Numbered from the stretch's first letter, positions 41,788 to 52,096 are shown. The stretch: DNA of 64,000 nucleotides from an uncultured Chthonomonadaceae bacterium (GCA_963817895.1 CAWFQB010000014.1:576001-640000), one strand, 5' to 3'. Notes: generated from the letters alone by a model not told the origin. Numbers and translations: made by a program.

Positions 41788-43070
41788 TGAATATTTGCAT
41801 TGTTGGCGGCGGCGTTATTGGACTGTTTACGGCGTATTATGCCATGCGGGAGGGACATCGCGTCACCATTCTGGAGCGGGGCGCGCCGGACCATGACGCC
41901 TGCTCGCTTGGCAACGCGGGCATGATCGTGCCGTCGCACTTTGTGCCGCTTGCCGCGCCGGGTATGGTGTCGCTCGGCCTGCGCATGATGCTCAATCCCA
42001 AAAGCCCGTTCACCATTCGCCCCCGCCTTGACCGCGATCTGGCGCGTTGGAGTTTGGCGTTTGCCCGCGCATCCACCCACGCCCACGTCGCCCGTTCCGC
42101 CCCCCTGCTGCTCGAACTCAATCTTGCCAGCCGCGCGTGTTACGAGGAACTGGCCGCGCTGTGGGGCAATGCCTTTGAACTGACGCGAAACGGCCTGCTG
42201 ATGCTGTGCAAATCCGCGCAAACGCTGGACGCGGAAGCGCATCTGGCGGAACGAGCGCGGGAACTGGGACTTGCCGCCGAGGTTCTCAACCGGGAACAAA
42301 CGGCGCAGCGTGATCCCGGCTTGCGCATGGACGTTGCCGGTTCGGTCTATTTTGCGCAGGATTGTCACCTGTCGCCGGGAAAATTGCTGGCGAGATTGAC
42401 GCAGGAGTTGCAGCAAAACGGCGCGTGTTTCGCGTGGTCAACCGAAGTGACCGGCTGGCGCACTGAGGGCAATCGCATTGACGCCGCGCAAACCAATCAG
42501 GGCGATGTGACGGCAGACGAATTCGTGATTGCGGGCGGGTCGTGGTCGCCCTGGATTGTACGCGGGCTGAATATACGGCTGCCGCTACAGGCGGGCAAAG
42601 GGTACAGCATTACCCTGCCCCACCCCAAACAGCAGCCCAATCTTTGCTCCATTTTAACGGAAGCCCGCGTCGCCGTGACGCCGATGGGCGATACCCTGCG
42701 CTTCGGCGGCACGATGGAGGTGTCGGGCTTGTTGGATACGCGCGTCAATGCCAATCGCGTACAGGGCATTTTGCAGGCCATTCCCAACTACTTTCCCGAC
42801 TTCACGCCCGCTGATTTCCACGATTTGCCCGTGTGGAGCGGCCTGCGCCCCTGTTCGCCCGACGGCCTTCCCTACATCGGACGCTTCCCGCGCTACCAGA
42901 ATCTCAGCGCGGCAACGGGACACGCCATGATGGGCATCAGCCTCGCGCCAATAACAGGTAAACTAATGGCAGCCATCCTTTCCAATGCGCCGACTCCGAT
43001 TGCGGTTGGAGCACTGTCACCGGAAAGATACGAGATAGGAGATAGGAGATACGAGAAGATGCACAGATAG
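41787..43070 (+). CDS. FAD-dependent D-amino acid dehydrogenase, probable D-hydroxyproline dehydrogenase
   Basis: GGGVIG, SLGNAG, GKGYS, WSGLRPCSPDGLP, TGHAMMG. Confidence 0.88.
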   Translation: MNICIVGGGVIGLFTAYYAMREGHRVTILERGAPDHDACSLGNAGMIVPSHFVPLAAPGMVSLGLRMMLNPKSPFTIRPRLDRDLARWSLAFARASTHAHVARSAPLLLELNLASRACYEELAALWGNAFELTRNGLLMLCKSAQTLDAEAHLAERARELGLAAEVLNREQTAQRDPGLRMDVAGSVYFAQDCHLSPGKLLARLTQELQQNGACFAWSTEVTGWRTEGNRIDAAQTNQGDVTADEFVIAGGSWSPWIVRGLNIRLPLQAGKGYSITLPHPKQQPNLCSILTEARVAVTPMGDTLRFGGTMEVSGLLDTRVNANRVQGILQAIPNYFPDFTPADFHDLPVWSGLRPCSPDGLPYIGRFPRYQNLSAATGHAMMGISLAPITGKLMAAILSNAPTPIAVGALSPERYEIGDRRYEKMHR

Positions 43071-43125
43071 AGTGGCGTATTTGCCAGACAAGTATTCCTC
43101 GTATCTCCTATCTCCTATCTCGTAT
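43026..43125. repeat. Palindromic heptamer-repeat element (GAGATA[C/G])n
   Basis: Tandem units followed by their reverse complement. Confidence 0.8.
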
Positions 43126-43145
43126 TTTTCCTCAAGGACAAAATC

Positions 43146-43976
43146 ATGCACCTTTACCGCACCACGCGCGGCGTTTTAGCGCAGGTGGACGACACTATTT
43201 ATTCACTGGGCGATGTGGCCTGGGATGTGGTATTCAACAGCGACAACTTGAGGGATACGGTTCAGCGGCTTGTGGATGATTCGGCAGGCATGGAGGACGC
43301 GCTGAAACCGGAGGAACTGCTGCCTCCCATACACGGGCAGGAGGTATGGGCGGCGGGCGTGACGTACTATCGCAGCCGCGACGCCCGCATGGAGGAATCT
43401 AAAACGGCGGGCGGCGAGGATTTTTACGCCCGCGTGTACGAGGCCGAACGCCCCGAACTGTTCTTCAAAGCGCCACCCTATCGGGTTGTCGGGAGTGGGC
43501 AGAACGTTCGCATCCGCCGCGACTCGCAATGGAACGTGCCGGAACCGGAACTAACCCTTGCCATCAACGCAAAGGGTGAAATCGTGGGTTACACCGTCGG
43601 CAACGACATGAGTTCCCGCGACATTGAGGGCGAAAATCCGCTGTATCTGCCACAGGCCAAAGTGTACGACGGAGCCTGCGCCCTCGGCCCCGGTATTCTG
43701 GTTACGAACGAACCGCAGTCCCCGGAAACCGCCATACGCCTTTCCATTCAGCGCAGCGGCCAGCCCGCCTTTGAAAGTGAAACCACTCTGGCGCAACTTA
43801 AGCGGACACCGCAGGAACTTGTCGAATATCTTTACCGCGAAACCAGTTTCCCGAACGGCTGTTTCCTGCTGACGGGTACGGGAATTGTGCCGCCGTCCAC
43901 CTTCACGCTGCAATCCGGCGACGAGATTACCATTGCCATTGACGGCATCGGTATATTGGTCAATACAGTATCCTGA
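43146..43976 (+). CDS. FAH-family protein, 2-keto-3-deoxy-pentonate dehydratase-like
   Basis: [43 protein letters not shown]. Confidence 0.88.
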   Translation: MHLYRTTRGVLAQVDDTIYSLGDVAWDVVFNSDNLRDTVQRLVDDSAGMEDALKPEELLPPIHGQEVWAAGVTYYRSRDARMEESKTAGGEDFYARVYEAERPELFFKAPPYRVVGSGQNVRIRRDSQWNVPEPELTLAINAKGEIVGYTVGNDMSSRDIEGENPLYLPQAKVYDGACALGPGILVTNEPQSPETAIRLSIQRSGQPAFESETTLAQLKRTPQELVEYLYRETSFPNGCFLLTGTGIVPPSTFTLQSGDEITIAIDGIGILVNTVS

Positions 43977-44013
43977 GTTCGCATATCAGAGAGCCAACGA
44001 GACATAACGTAAA

Positions 44014-44499
44014 ATGAAACATAGCCGTCACGATCTTCTTAAAGCGCGATTCGCCTTAGCGCGACGCGATCTCAACTCAATCATGGTCCGCCTCACGCCT
44101 GATCTTCTGGATTGGGCGCCGGCAACAGGGATGCGAACCATATCGTGGCAACTCGTTGAAATTGTGGGAACAGAGATACAACTGATTTCGCTTTTGAAAG
44201 CCGACCAAAACATCTCTGACCCTGCTGCGCGGGAGATCATTGGCGATTGTGGGAGCCTGGACAATCTACGCCACGCTTTGATTGATTTCCGTCAACAAAC
44301 GCTTGACTATCTGGATTTGCTGTCAGAAACCGATTTAGCCGAGGAAATTAGCTTTGACGGCGGATGGTTTGCCTCGCTCATGTTACCCACAGTTCCACGC
44401 GCGGAAGTCTTCCTGAACATTGCCGACCATGAATGGTATCACGTCGGGCAACTCACCTCCTATATGTGGACACGCGGCGACAATCCCTATCAATGGTAG
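44014..44499 (+). CDS. DinB family protein
   Basis: WAP..GMRTI; DHEWYHVGQL. Confidence 0.8.
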   Translation: MKHSRHDLLKARFALARRDLNSIMVRLTPDLLDWAPATGMRTISWQLVEIVGTEIQLISLLKADQNISDPAAREIIGDCGSLDNLRHALIDFRQQTLDYLDLLSETDLAEEISFDGGWFASLMLPTVPRAEVFLNIADHEWYHVGQLTSYMWTRGDNPYQW

Positions 44500-44532
44500 C
44501 GCGACCTTTTACATCATCAGAAAGAACTTTTC

Positions 44533-46128
44533 ATGGAACTACACGGACAGAATTTTATCGGCAACGCCGTTTCCGCAGAGGAGACGGACAAGATAACAGC
44601 TACTAATGCCGCGACAGGCGAAGCGCTTGAACCCGGTTTTCATGTCGCCAATGACGCGGAAGTGGATCGCGCCGTCAGGCTGGCAAGTGACGCCTTTCCT
44701 GTTTATCGCGGATTGACGGCGGAACAGCGTGCCAGTTTTTTGGAGCGGATTGCGGACGAGATTGTCGCGCTTGGCGATGAATTGCTGGAGCGGGCAAATC
44801 AGGAAACCGCGTTGCCCCTTGCGCGTCTGACTGGAGAACGCGGGCGTACAGTGGGGCAGTTGAAACTGTTCGCTGCTGTAGTGCGCGAAGGGTCGTGGGT
44901 GGATGCGCGTATTGACCGGGCGCAGCCGGACCGCCAGCCACTGCCCAAACCCGATTTACGCCGCATGTTGATTCCGCTTGGGCCGGTCGGCGTGTTCGGC
45001 GCGAGCAATTTCCCATTCGCGTTTTCGGTTGCGGGCGGCGATACGGCTTCTGCGCTGGCGGCGGGCTGCCCGGTTGTCGTGAAAGCACATCCCGCGCACC
45101 CCGGCACATCGGAACTGACCGCGCAGGCCGTTCTTCGGGCGGCAGCCGCAACCGGAATGCCTGAAGGCGTGTTTTCCCTGCTGCACGGCCTGAAAGACAC
45201 GGGCATGGCGCTGGTGAAGCATCCCCTCTTGCAAGCCGTCGGCTTTACGGGTTCGCTCGGCGCGGGACGCGCCCTGTTCGATGCCGCTAATCAGCGCGAA
45301 CGCCCCATTCCCGTGTACGCGGAAATGGGCAGCGTAAATCCGGTTTTTGTTCTTCCCGGCGCACTGAAGGAGCGGGGGGAAAAGATCGCGGAGGGGTTGG
45401 CGGCATCCGTGACAATGGGCGTGGGGCAATTCTGCACCAATCCGGGTCTGGTCATCAGCCTGCAAAACGACGACATACAGGGATTTGTCACGAAAGCGGC
45501 GGAAAAGATCGGGCAGACCGCGCCGGGAAACATGCTGTATCCCGCCATCTGCAACGCTTACGGGCAGGGGATTGCGCGGTTACAATCCACACAGGGCGTT
45601 CGGCAGGAGCATGAAATTACCACACAGGCCAATGCGTCACTCGGACAGGCCAACGCCGCGATTTTCTCTACTCAGGCCGAAACGTTCCTCCACAATCCCG
45701 AACTGGCGCATGAGGTTTTCGGACCGTCCACCCTGCTCGTGATGTGCAAAACCCCGGACGAAATGGCAGCCGTAGCGCAGGGATTGGAAGGCCAGCTAAC
45801 CGCAACCATTCACGGCACCCCCGACGACCTGCGCGAGTACCACAAACTCATTTCCATTCTGGAAACCAAAGTAGGGCGTTTGCTCTTCAACGGCTTTCCG
45901 ACCGGCGTGGAAGTCTGCCCCTCCATGCAGCACGGCGGCCCATACCCCGCCACAACCGACAGCCGTACTACCAGCGTCGGCACAGCCGCCATCTTCCGCT
46001 TTGCCCGCCCCGTTTGCTACCAGGATTTCCCCTCCGAAGTCCTGCCCCCCGAACTGCAAGACGCCAACCCGCGCAATCTCTGGCGACTTGTGGATAATTC
46101 GATGAGCAAAGAGCGTCTTGAACCATGA
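44533..46128 (+). CDS. alpha-ketoglutarate semialdehyde dehydrogenase (NADP+)
   Basis: GASNFP..FS.AGGDTASALAAGCP, EMGSVNP, GQFCTNPG, HGGPYPAT. Confidence 0.92.
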   Translation: MELHGQNFIGNAVSAEETDKITATNAATGEALEPGFHVANDAEVDRAVRLASDAFPVYRGLTAEQRASFLERIADEIVALGDELLERANQETALPLARLTGERGRTVGQLKLFAAVVREGSWVDARIDRAQPDRQPLPKPDLRRMLIPLGPVGVFGASNFPFAFSVAGGDTASALAAGCPVVVKAHPAHPGTSELTAQAVLRAAAATGMPEGVFSLLHGLKDTGMALVKHPLLQAVGFTGSLGAGRALFDAANQRERPIPVYAEMGSVNPVFVLPGALKERGEKIAEGLAASVTMGVGQFCTNPGLVISLQNDDIQGFVTKAAEKIGQTAPGNMLYPAICNAYGQGIARLQSTQGVRQEHEITTQANASLGQANAAIFSTQAETFLHNPELAHEVFGPSTLLVMCKTPDEMAAVAQGLEGQLTATIHGTPDDLREYHKLISILETKVGRLLFNGFPTGVEVCPSMQHGGPYPATTDSRTTSVGTAAIFRFARPVCYQDFPSEVLPPELQDANPRNLWRLVDNSMSKERLEP

Positions 46129-46261
46129 TCAGGCATGATTACGATGATTACCATGATGATGCACAGGTGGAAGAACGATTTGTCTCATCTGGAAAGGTTA
46201 TGATAACGCGCCTCCTCAATCATGTTAATCATCGTAATCATGCCTGATCATGGTTCAAGAC
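46115..46261. repeat. Palindromic element with about 9-mer internal repeats, same termini as the 40528 element
   Basis: gtcttgaaccatgatcaggcatgattacgatgatta ... taatcatcgtaatcatgcctgatcatggttcaagac. Confidence 0.8.
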
Positions 46262-46312
46262 AAAAAATTAGTACAGGCCGCTAACAATCTCTTGTTAGCG
46301 GCCTGTACTAAT
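46262..46312 (-). terminator. tmRNA terminator
   Basis: Long perfect stem attagtacaggccgctaacaa / ttgttagcggcctgtactaat plus U-tract on the minus strand. Confidence 0.8.
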
Positions 46313-46320
46313 CGTATCTA

Positions 46321-46672
46321 TGGAGGTGGCGAGACTCGAACTCGCGTTCCCAGCGTTGCGCCCCTAGCGTCTACAAGCATAGTCTCTGATTGTGTTTCGC
46401 GTCCGTCTGTCACAGGGACCAGGCTAACGGATCGCTAGATTGCGAAGTGATTCCCGCTCAGACGGCAAACAGGCCTGAGTGTCGGTAAGCCGGCATAGGT
46501 TATGCCCGGATCACGCTCGGCTGGCAGGAGCATGGCGGACATCGCAGCACTTAGGCCGCGAGCGCGTACTGATTAGTGTTCGCGTTTATGGTTTTGCCGC
46601 TTTTTACGAGGCCAGCGGCGCCTCGGCTCGCAACTAGAAACACTATCCACCAGGTCGATTCCAATCACCCCC
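46321..46672 (-). ncRNA. ssrA: tmRNA; tag peptide (A)ANTNQYALAA
   Basis: 5' GGGGGTG...TCGAC; 3' GTTCGAG...CACCTCCA with G3-U pair; tag ORF at 46583-46551 preceded by ATAAAC. Confidence 0.95.
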
Positions 46673-46683
46673 GGATATAATTT

Positions 46684-46712
46684 ATTATACGGCAGGAAGA
46701 GGAAAAAAGCAA
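46684..46712 (-). promoter_or_regulatory. ssrA promoter
   Basis: TTGCTT-17 nt-TATAAT just upstream of the mature 5' end. Confidence 0.7.
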
Positions 46713-46718
46713 GAGGCG

Positions 46719-46783
46719 GAATATAGGAATATAGAATATAGGAAGAGGGTAGTTTCCTTCCTATACTCCATATTCCTATATTC
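46719..46783. repeat. Palindromic octamer-repeat element (AATATAGG)n
   Basis: gaatataggaatatagaatatagg ... cctatactccatattcctatattc. Confidence 0.7.
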
Positions 46784-46784
46784 T

Positions 46785-47321
46785 TTACTTCCTTCTTGGT
46801 GAAATGACAATACGCCGGTGCGGTTCGTCGCCTTCGCTGTAGGTTTCTATATCCGGGTCATCTACCAGAGCGGAATGGATGATGCGGCGTTCGTGAGCGG
46901 GCAGGGGTTCCATTTCCGCTTCTTCGTTGCGCTCTTTTACTTCGCGGGCATACTCCTGCGCAATGCCGCGCAGGGTATCGGCGCGGCGTTCGCGGTAATT
47001 GTCTGCATCCAGCATCAGGCGCACGTCACCGCTGACGCGCCGAGATAGGATCATATTGACGAGCATTTGCAGAGCATCGAGAGATTGCCCCATGCGTCCC
47101 CACGTCCCGGCAACATCGCTCCCCACCAGCGTAACGTGCATATACGCGCCCTGAACGGCCTGCACAACCGGGCGCGTGTCCTGCCCGATAGCCGCGCAAA
47201 TCTCCTGCATTAGCGCCAGCGCCGTCTGCTGATCCGGTCGGAGCGTGGCCGGGTCAATACCGGTTTGAGACGCGCTCTCTTCCGTATCGGACGTACTGTC
47301 TGCGGCTTGCAAGTCGGTCAT
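46785..47321 (-). CDS. jag: Jag/KhpB RNA-binding protein (KH + R3H)
   Basis: GQSLDALQ, D..NYRERR, ERRIIH, YSEGDEPHRRIVI; synteny with yidC. Confidence 0.9.
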   Translation of the reverse strand: MTDLQAADSTSDTEESASQTGIDPATLRPDQQTALALMQEICAAIGQDTRPVVQAVQGAYMHVTLVGSDVAGTWGRMGQSLDALQMLVNMILSRRVSGDVRLMLDADNYRERRADTLRGIAQEYAREVKERNEEAEMEPLPAHERRIIHSALVDDPDIETYSEGDEPHRRIVISPRRK

Positions 47322-47335
47322 GTCAGTCTCCTTGA

Positions 47336-47415
47336 GTAGATACAAGATACGAGATACGAGATAGGAGATAGGAGAAGCATTGCCTCATATCTTGTATCTC
47401 GTATCTCGTATCTAC
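47336..47415. repeat. Palindromic heptamer-repeat element (GAGATA[C/G])n
   Basis: Same unit as 43026-43125. Confidence 0.8.
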
Positions 47416-47418
47416 CTC

Positions 47419-48744
47419 CTACCGCCGTGTTTTCCGCTTTGGGCGCGGGGGGTTATTTTTGGACGCGGGGGCTGCGCTGCCATTGCGCGAACCGTTCGCG
47501 TCGTCCTTTTTGGTTTCCACAAACGTGACATCGTGAACGCCGGGTGACGCTTTGGGCGTGTATTTATTTGTGGGCGGCATTGGTTCGGGCGGGTTGTTGA
47601 GCGCGTTCAACTTGTTGGGCTTGTACATGTACTTGTACTGCTGCCAGGTGGAGATGATGTTCTGCACCAGATAGTACAGCAGGAAGGCCGACGCCCATTT
47701 TGTCACCATAAACCAGTAGATCATCATGCCCGTCATCATAATGGACATGGATTTCTGCTGCTGCGCCATCTGTGGGTCGGGCGAGGGCGCGAGTTTCATG
47801 GAGATGTACATGCTGGCCGCGTACAAAATCAGGATCGGCATATCCAGATGCGCCAGATCGGGAGCGATTCCCAAACGGTGGCCGATAGCCGAATTCGCGA
47901 CAGCCGGATTGATCCACAGGAAATGCCCGTGCTGAAAGTGGATCTCATACGCCCGTATCAGCGCGAACATCAGGAAAAAGACCGGCATCTGAATCAGGGA
48001 CGGCAGGCACGAGGCGAACGGGCTGACGCCGTGTTCCTTGTACGCCGCCATCGTCTTCATCTGCAATTCCTGCGGATTGTCCTTGTATTCGGCCTGAATT
48101 TTCTTGATAATCGGCTGAACGCGCTGCATCTCGCGCCCGCTCTTATAGGTTTTGAGCAGGAGGGGGAAGGTAATCACCTTGATAAAAATGGCGATGAGGA
48201 CAAGCGCGAACCAGTAGCTGAATGCAGGCGCGGAGCCGGTCATTTTTACAAGGCCGTCTACAACCTTGTAGTAGGTGCTGTGGGAGTTGTACTCGTCCAA
48301 GCTGCTTTCAATCTGTTGCAGCAAATTTTGACCGCGCTCGTTGGGCATACGCGCTATTTGCGCGGCTTTCGTGGTCGGGTAGCTCTGTTCCAGTTGCTTG
48401 ACCGCCGCGCGCGCCGCTGTATCGCCTTCAATGTACAATTCGCGAAGCTGCTGCGCGTTCGTGGTGGCCTTCTGCGCGGGCAGCACATAGCGATCCGGGT
48501 CGGAAGCCAGTTGGGTGGCTCGCAGGAGCGCGGTTGCCGACGTTTCGTTGTCCTTGCCGTCGAACTCGTTGCGCGTAGCCATGTACGTTTCGACTGCCTG
48601 TTTAGGACTGGTGGCTTCCAGTTGTCGGGCATGTTCCAGCGTAAGCGGCGCAACGCCCTGCGGCCCCTGCCCGCATCCACCAAGCATCAGGCCCAACACT
48701 ACCAGCATTATGCTCAACAGCGAATTTCGCGCGGATAATTTCAA
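47419..48744 (-). CDS. yidC: Membrane protein insertase YidC
   Basis: MQRVQP..KKIQ..YKD, YKEHGVSPFASCLPSLIQMPVF, FLWI; synteny. Confidence 0.9.
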   Translation of the reverse strand: MKLSARNSLLSIMLVVLGLMLGGCGQGPQGVAPLTLEHARQLEATSPKQAVETYMATRNEFDGKDNETSATALLRATQLASDPDRYVLPAQKATTNAQQLRELYIEGDTAARAAVKQLEQSYPTTKAAQIARMPNERGQNLLQQIESSLDEYNSHSTYYKVVDGLVKMTGSAPAFSYWFALVLIAIFIKVITFPLLLKTYKSGREMQRVQPIIKKIQAEYKDNPQELQMKTMAAYKEHGVSPFASCLPSLIQMPVFFLMFALIRAYEIHFQHGHFLWINPAVANSAIGHRLGIAPDLAHLDMPILILYAASMYISMKLAPSPDPQMAQQQKSMSIMMTGMMIYWFMVTKWASAFLLYYLVQNIISTWQQYKYMYKPNKLNALNNPPEPMPPTNKYTPKASPGVHDVTFVETKKDDANGSRNGSAAPASKNNPPRPKRKTRR

Positions 48745-48776
48745 GAGTTTTTCCTCAGCATCGTCACAAGCACTAA

Positions 48777-48865
48777 AGGTGTCAGGTATCAGGTGTCAGG
48801 TATCAGGTGTTGGGAAAGCCTGCCGTACTTGCGCATTGCCCTGACACCTGATACCTGACACCTAC
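48777..48865. repeat. Palindromic heptamer-repeat element (CAGGT[A/G]T)n
   Basis: aggtgtcaggtatcaggtgtc ... gacacctgatacctgacacct. Confidence 0.8.
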
Positions 48866-48868
48866 GTT

Positions 48869-49105
48869 TTATGGAATCGGATCATAGCCGCCGGAACTTA
48901 ATGGGTTGCAGCGCAGTATACGGCGTATTCCCAATGCCACGCCCGCGAACAAGCCGTGTTTTAGCACGCACTGCGCGGCATACTCCGAACACGTCGGATG
49001 AAAGCGGCACACGGCAGGACGCATCGGAGCCGTTGACTGATAGGCCCGTATGCACAGCACGACCAATCGGCGCGGCCATTCTCCCAATTGCTTAACTGGA
49101 TTCAC
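48869..49105 (-). CDS. yidD: Membrane protein insertion efficiency factor YidD
   Basis: CRFHPTCSEY...RILRCNP..GGYDP. Confidence 0.93.
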   Translation of the reverse strand: MNPVKQLGEWPRRLVVLCIRAYQSTAPMRPAVCRFHPTCSEYAAQCVLKHGLFAGVALGIRRILRCNPLSSGGYDPIP

Positions 49106-49478
49106 GTTCCCGTTTCGCCTCGTTCAGCGCGCCGCTCCGCTGTAGCAGTACGCGAACCCCCTCCTGAATTTCGAGCCAGGTGGCTGTTTTCAGGCGTCCG
49201 CGTCCCACAAAGACCAGATCAACCGCGCCGGGTTTCAGTTCATCGAGTATCAGGCGCATGGCTTCGCGCAATCGTCGCTTGATACGATTACGAACCACCG
49301 CGTTCCCCTGCTTCTTGCTTACCACAAATCCCACGCGCCTGCCAGGAATCTGCGCGGCCTCTTCCCCCGTCCGCCGCATCACGTACAGCACGGCAAGCGG
49401 ATGGACGTACTCGCGCCCGCGCTTGTACACGCGCCGAAAGTCCTGATTTCGCTGCAAACGTTGGTTGGCGGGCAGCAT
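49092..49478 (-). CDS. rnpA: RNase P protein component
   Basis: RVGFVVSKKQGNAVVRNRIKRRLRE. Confidence 0.95.
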   Translation of the reverse strand: MLPANQRLQRNQDFRRVYKRGREYVHPLAVLYVMRRTGEEAAQIPGRRVGFVVSKKQGNAVVRNRIKRRLREAMRLILDELKPGAVDLVFVGRGRLKTATWLEIQEGVRVLLQRSGALNEAKRERESS

Positions 49479-49481
49479 GGG

Positions 49482-49602
49482 AGTAGGTTGTTAGGTTGTT
49501 AGGTTGTTAGTTGTTAGGTTTTCAGTCAGTTAAGTTCGCTATACTTGATATGCCAACTCCTCAACCTAATAACCTAACAACTAACAACCTAACAACCTAC
49601 TC
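49482..49602. repeat. Palindromic octamer-repeat element (TAGGTTGT)n
   Basis: gtaggttgttaggttgttagg ... cctaacaactaacaacctaacaacctac. Confidence 0.8.
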
Positions 49603-49757
49603 TTCTTGTCCTTACGGACGCAAGGCGCGAACGGTTTCCCTTTCGCGCCTTGACGTAATATTAGGTAGAGGGTTTGCGGAAATATGCGCGATAGCGCGAA
49701 GGCAGTGGCCTCAATCAAAGATTTGGCTCAACGATTTGAAGGCAGCAGAAGACGGCT

Positions 49758-49892
49758 CTACTTGATCAGTTCGTGACGGCCTTTGAAGCGGCGGCGGCGC
49801 AGAGTGTTGCGGCCATCCAGCGTCTGCATTTTCTTGCGGAAGCCATGCACCTTTTTGTGACGACGATTATGGGGCTGAAAAGTACGTTTCAT
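49758..49892 (-). CDS. rpmH: 50S ribosomal protein L34
   Basis: [44 protein letters not shown] (44 aa, below the ORF-track cutoff). Confidence 0.95.
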   Translation of the reverse strand: MKRTFQPHNRRHKKVHGFRKKMQTLDGRNTLRRRRFKGRHELIK

Positions 49893-49987
49893 AGATTGGA
49901 AAACTCCTCGACAAAGCATTTACACGGAAACTGCGTTTAGTATAGCACAATCCGCGCCGTTTAGGGAACCTTGTTGGCGAAATCTCT

Positions 49988-50413
49988 TCAGCCTGTTTTC
50001 GGATGGCAGGTACGACAGGCGCGACAAAGCCTGTGATTAATCTGATGTGAAAAGGCGATTGTCAGACCGCCCGCCACCACAAGGCACGTTCCCCATGCTT
50101 CCGCGCCCCGCGCTTCAATGCCATGCCCCCCGGCGAGCAGGGCCAGCCCGACCGCCAGAAAAGCCAGCGCGTTTCCCCGCCGATGCCTGCGGTAGCCGAA
50201 GCAGAGACTGCTCACGCCGAGCAGCGCGGACAGGGCAAGCAGCCCCCACTCCACCGGTTCGCTTGCCAGAAAACTCAGACCTATCAGCGGCAGCAGGGTG
50301 AGAATAAACGGCATTACAGCGCAGTGAACGGCGCACAGGAACGAGGCTGCCGCGCCTGCCGTGTCGAGATCGAAGCGCTGTCGCCAACGCAGAATATGTG
50401 TGTACGTGTTCAC
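49988..50413 (-). CDS. MerC-domain membrane protein
   Basis: D..G...SFLCAVHC..P, four TM segments, GYRRH, C-terminal H..N..LCRACRTCH. Confidence 0.85.
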   Translation of the reverse strand: MNTYTHILRWRQRFDLDTAGAAASFLCAVHCAVMPFILTLLPLIGLSFLASEPVEWGLLALSALLGVSSLCFGYRRHRRGNALAFLAVGLALLAGGHGIEARGAEAWGTCLVVAGGLTIAFSHQINHRLCRACRTCHPKTG

Positions 50414-50415
50414 GG

Positions 50416-51210
50416 CTAATGAATGTCCCAGTAATTGTCGTCAGGCGATTTGTACGTCGCGGCGAAGGGTAGTGTTTTGACGTGACCATCCACGAACGAG
50501 TAGGGAGCCTGATTCGCGTAGCGTTTCGTATCCAGCAGCGGCTCCCAATCGAGACAGTAAGAGTCGTTGGGAAACAGGGAACAGGGCGGAAAAATTCTGC
50601 CGTTGCTCCACCAGTAGGGACTCGCCTTGTCCGCTTTCTCATACGGGTCTACTCCAAAATCAAAGAATTCCGAAATCCAGAAGGGGTCACCGGCAGGCGG
50701 CGCAGGCACAGGCAGCGGCGCGGTTCCCGTCACGACATCCCAATTGCTGGCGCGCAGGGTGCTGTAGATCGTTTCCGCCGGTTTGTCAATGGCTATTTCG
50801 CTCGTGTTGTTGCACGTCAGCAGGCCGTTATTCACAAACGAACCCCACATATAGGGCATATTCTTTGACGGGTCGGAGGGGTCCCACCAGACGCTCTGCT
50901 TGTTGGCGGTTCCACGCCCCATTTTAATGTACGGATCGAGCGCCTGTTGATAGAAGTGAACGGCGTACCAGCTCACCACTTCCCAATCGCCATTGCCGTC
51001 GCTGGACTGGATACGCGGAAAGTAGCCGTCGTAGTCGTCGCTGTACATCCGGTTGGCAAGAGTGATCTGCTTCATGTTGGAAATGCAGATCGCCTTGCGG
51101 GCTGCGGAACGCGCCTGCGAAAAGACGGGGAACAAAATCGCCGCTAATATCGCAATTATAGCGATTACTATAAGCAATTCAATCAGGGTGAAACCGCGTT
51201 TTGCTTGCAT
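50416..51210 (-). CDS. Prepilin-type N-terminal cleavage / DUF1559-type protein
   Basis: [54 protein letters not shown]. Confidence 0.9.
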   Translation of the reverse strand: MQAKRGFTLIELLIVIAIIAILAAILFPVFSQARSAARKAICISNMKQITLANRMYSDDYDGYFPRIQSSDGNGDWEVVSWYAVHFYQQALDPYIKMGRGTANKQSVWWDPSDPSKNMPYMWGSFVNNGLLTCNNTSEIAIDKPAETIYSTLRASNWDVVTGTAPLPVPAPPAGDPFWISEFFDFGVDPYEKADKASPYWWSNGRIFPPCSLFPNDSYCLDWEPLLDTKRYANQAPYSFVDGHVKTLPFAATYKSPDDNYWDIH

Positions 51211-51245
51211 TGTATGACTCCTTATTTGTGACATGTTCCATCTAT

Positions 51246-51542
51246 TCATCGTCTTCTTCCTTTCACGCGCCGGGAGAGCGCAGGACGCAAACGGCGACGG
51301 GGCAAACGCGGCGGGATAAAGTGAGATCGCGCGTTTTTTGGCGGATGCAGGCACACATACAGCACGAAAATCAGCGTGGCAACAAAGCACCCCAACCCCC
51401 AATAAATTTGTTCGGGAGAGGGCCTGTCATCGTCGCCATGCGCGCGGGCGGCAGGCATTGCGGCCAGCATACACACCACGATGTAGCACCACTGGTAAAA
51501 AGCCGTTCGTATCCATTTGCGCCCGGTTGCCACGCTGTCCAC
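51246..51542 (-). CDS. Small membrane protein
   Basis: SD AAGGGAG + GTG; signal-like segment ending ARA-HGDD and one TM segment. Confidence 0.55.
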   Translation of the reverse strand: MDSVATGRKWIRTAFYQWCYIVVCMLAAMPAARAHGDDDRPSPEQIYWGLGCFVATLIFVLYVCLHPPKNARSHFIPPRLPRRRLRPALSRRVKGRRR

Positions 51543-51610
51543 AGAACTCCCTTTCCGTATTATGTAAATAATGAATCAGGCAGATACCCGGTCGAGTCGC
51601 TGATTGCGTA

Positions 51611-51713
51611 TGGACGGCTGCGGCAAGACGTGCTATAATGCCGTTGGTCAACGGTTGTGGCCTTGCCGCAATCGCCCGGTGGACGGCTGCTGCGAACAGT
51701 CGTCCACGTTTTG
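51611..51713 (+). ncRNA. Candidate antisense sRNA unit, copy 1 (promoter + two hairpins + terminator)
   Basis: TGGACG-17-TATAAT; hairpins; gtggacggctg-ctgcgaa-cagtcgtccac-gttttg. Confidence 0.5.
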
Positions 51714-51910
51714 CTTTCAGCGGACCTGGGTTGCGCCTGTTGATAACAAAGCGGCGTGGCACATGAAATTGCGCTTTAAGCAGGCGAAACAGCCCGCACA
51801 CCGGCGAAGTCAGCAATCTGACAGACGGGATTTACATTCAGCGATCTAAGATTAAGGTTGTGAAAATAGCGTGAGGTGAAGAACGATTGGGGTACGGGGC
51901 GGGTAAAAAC

Positions 51911-51990
51911 GCGTTGGTCAACGGTTGAAGCCCTGCCGCAATCATCCGGCACAAGTTTGCTGCGAACAAATCTCTGCCCCTCTTGTAGTT
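51911..51990 (+). ncRNA. Candidate antisense sRNA unit, copy 2 (degenerate)
   Basis: Shares cgttggtcaacggttg, tgccgcaatc and tgctgcgaaca with copy 1; different terminal stem. Confidence 0.4.
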
Positions 51991-52096
51991 TCCGGTGTTG
52001 TATTTACTCTGGAATTCGCCTGCTCTTTCTGAACAGCGCTGCATAGATACGTCTATTGATACCGCCTGTTGCCTGATGCACAGGATCGTTGAATGA

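Noticed and set aside
51570..52090. Known riboswitch (cobalamin, NiCo, Mn, fluoride)
   Set aside because: Consensus motifs not recognisable by eye; the plus-strand promoter/terminator layout fits better
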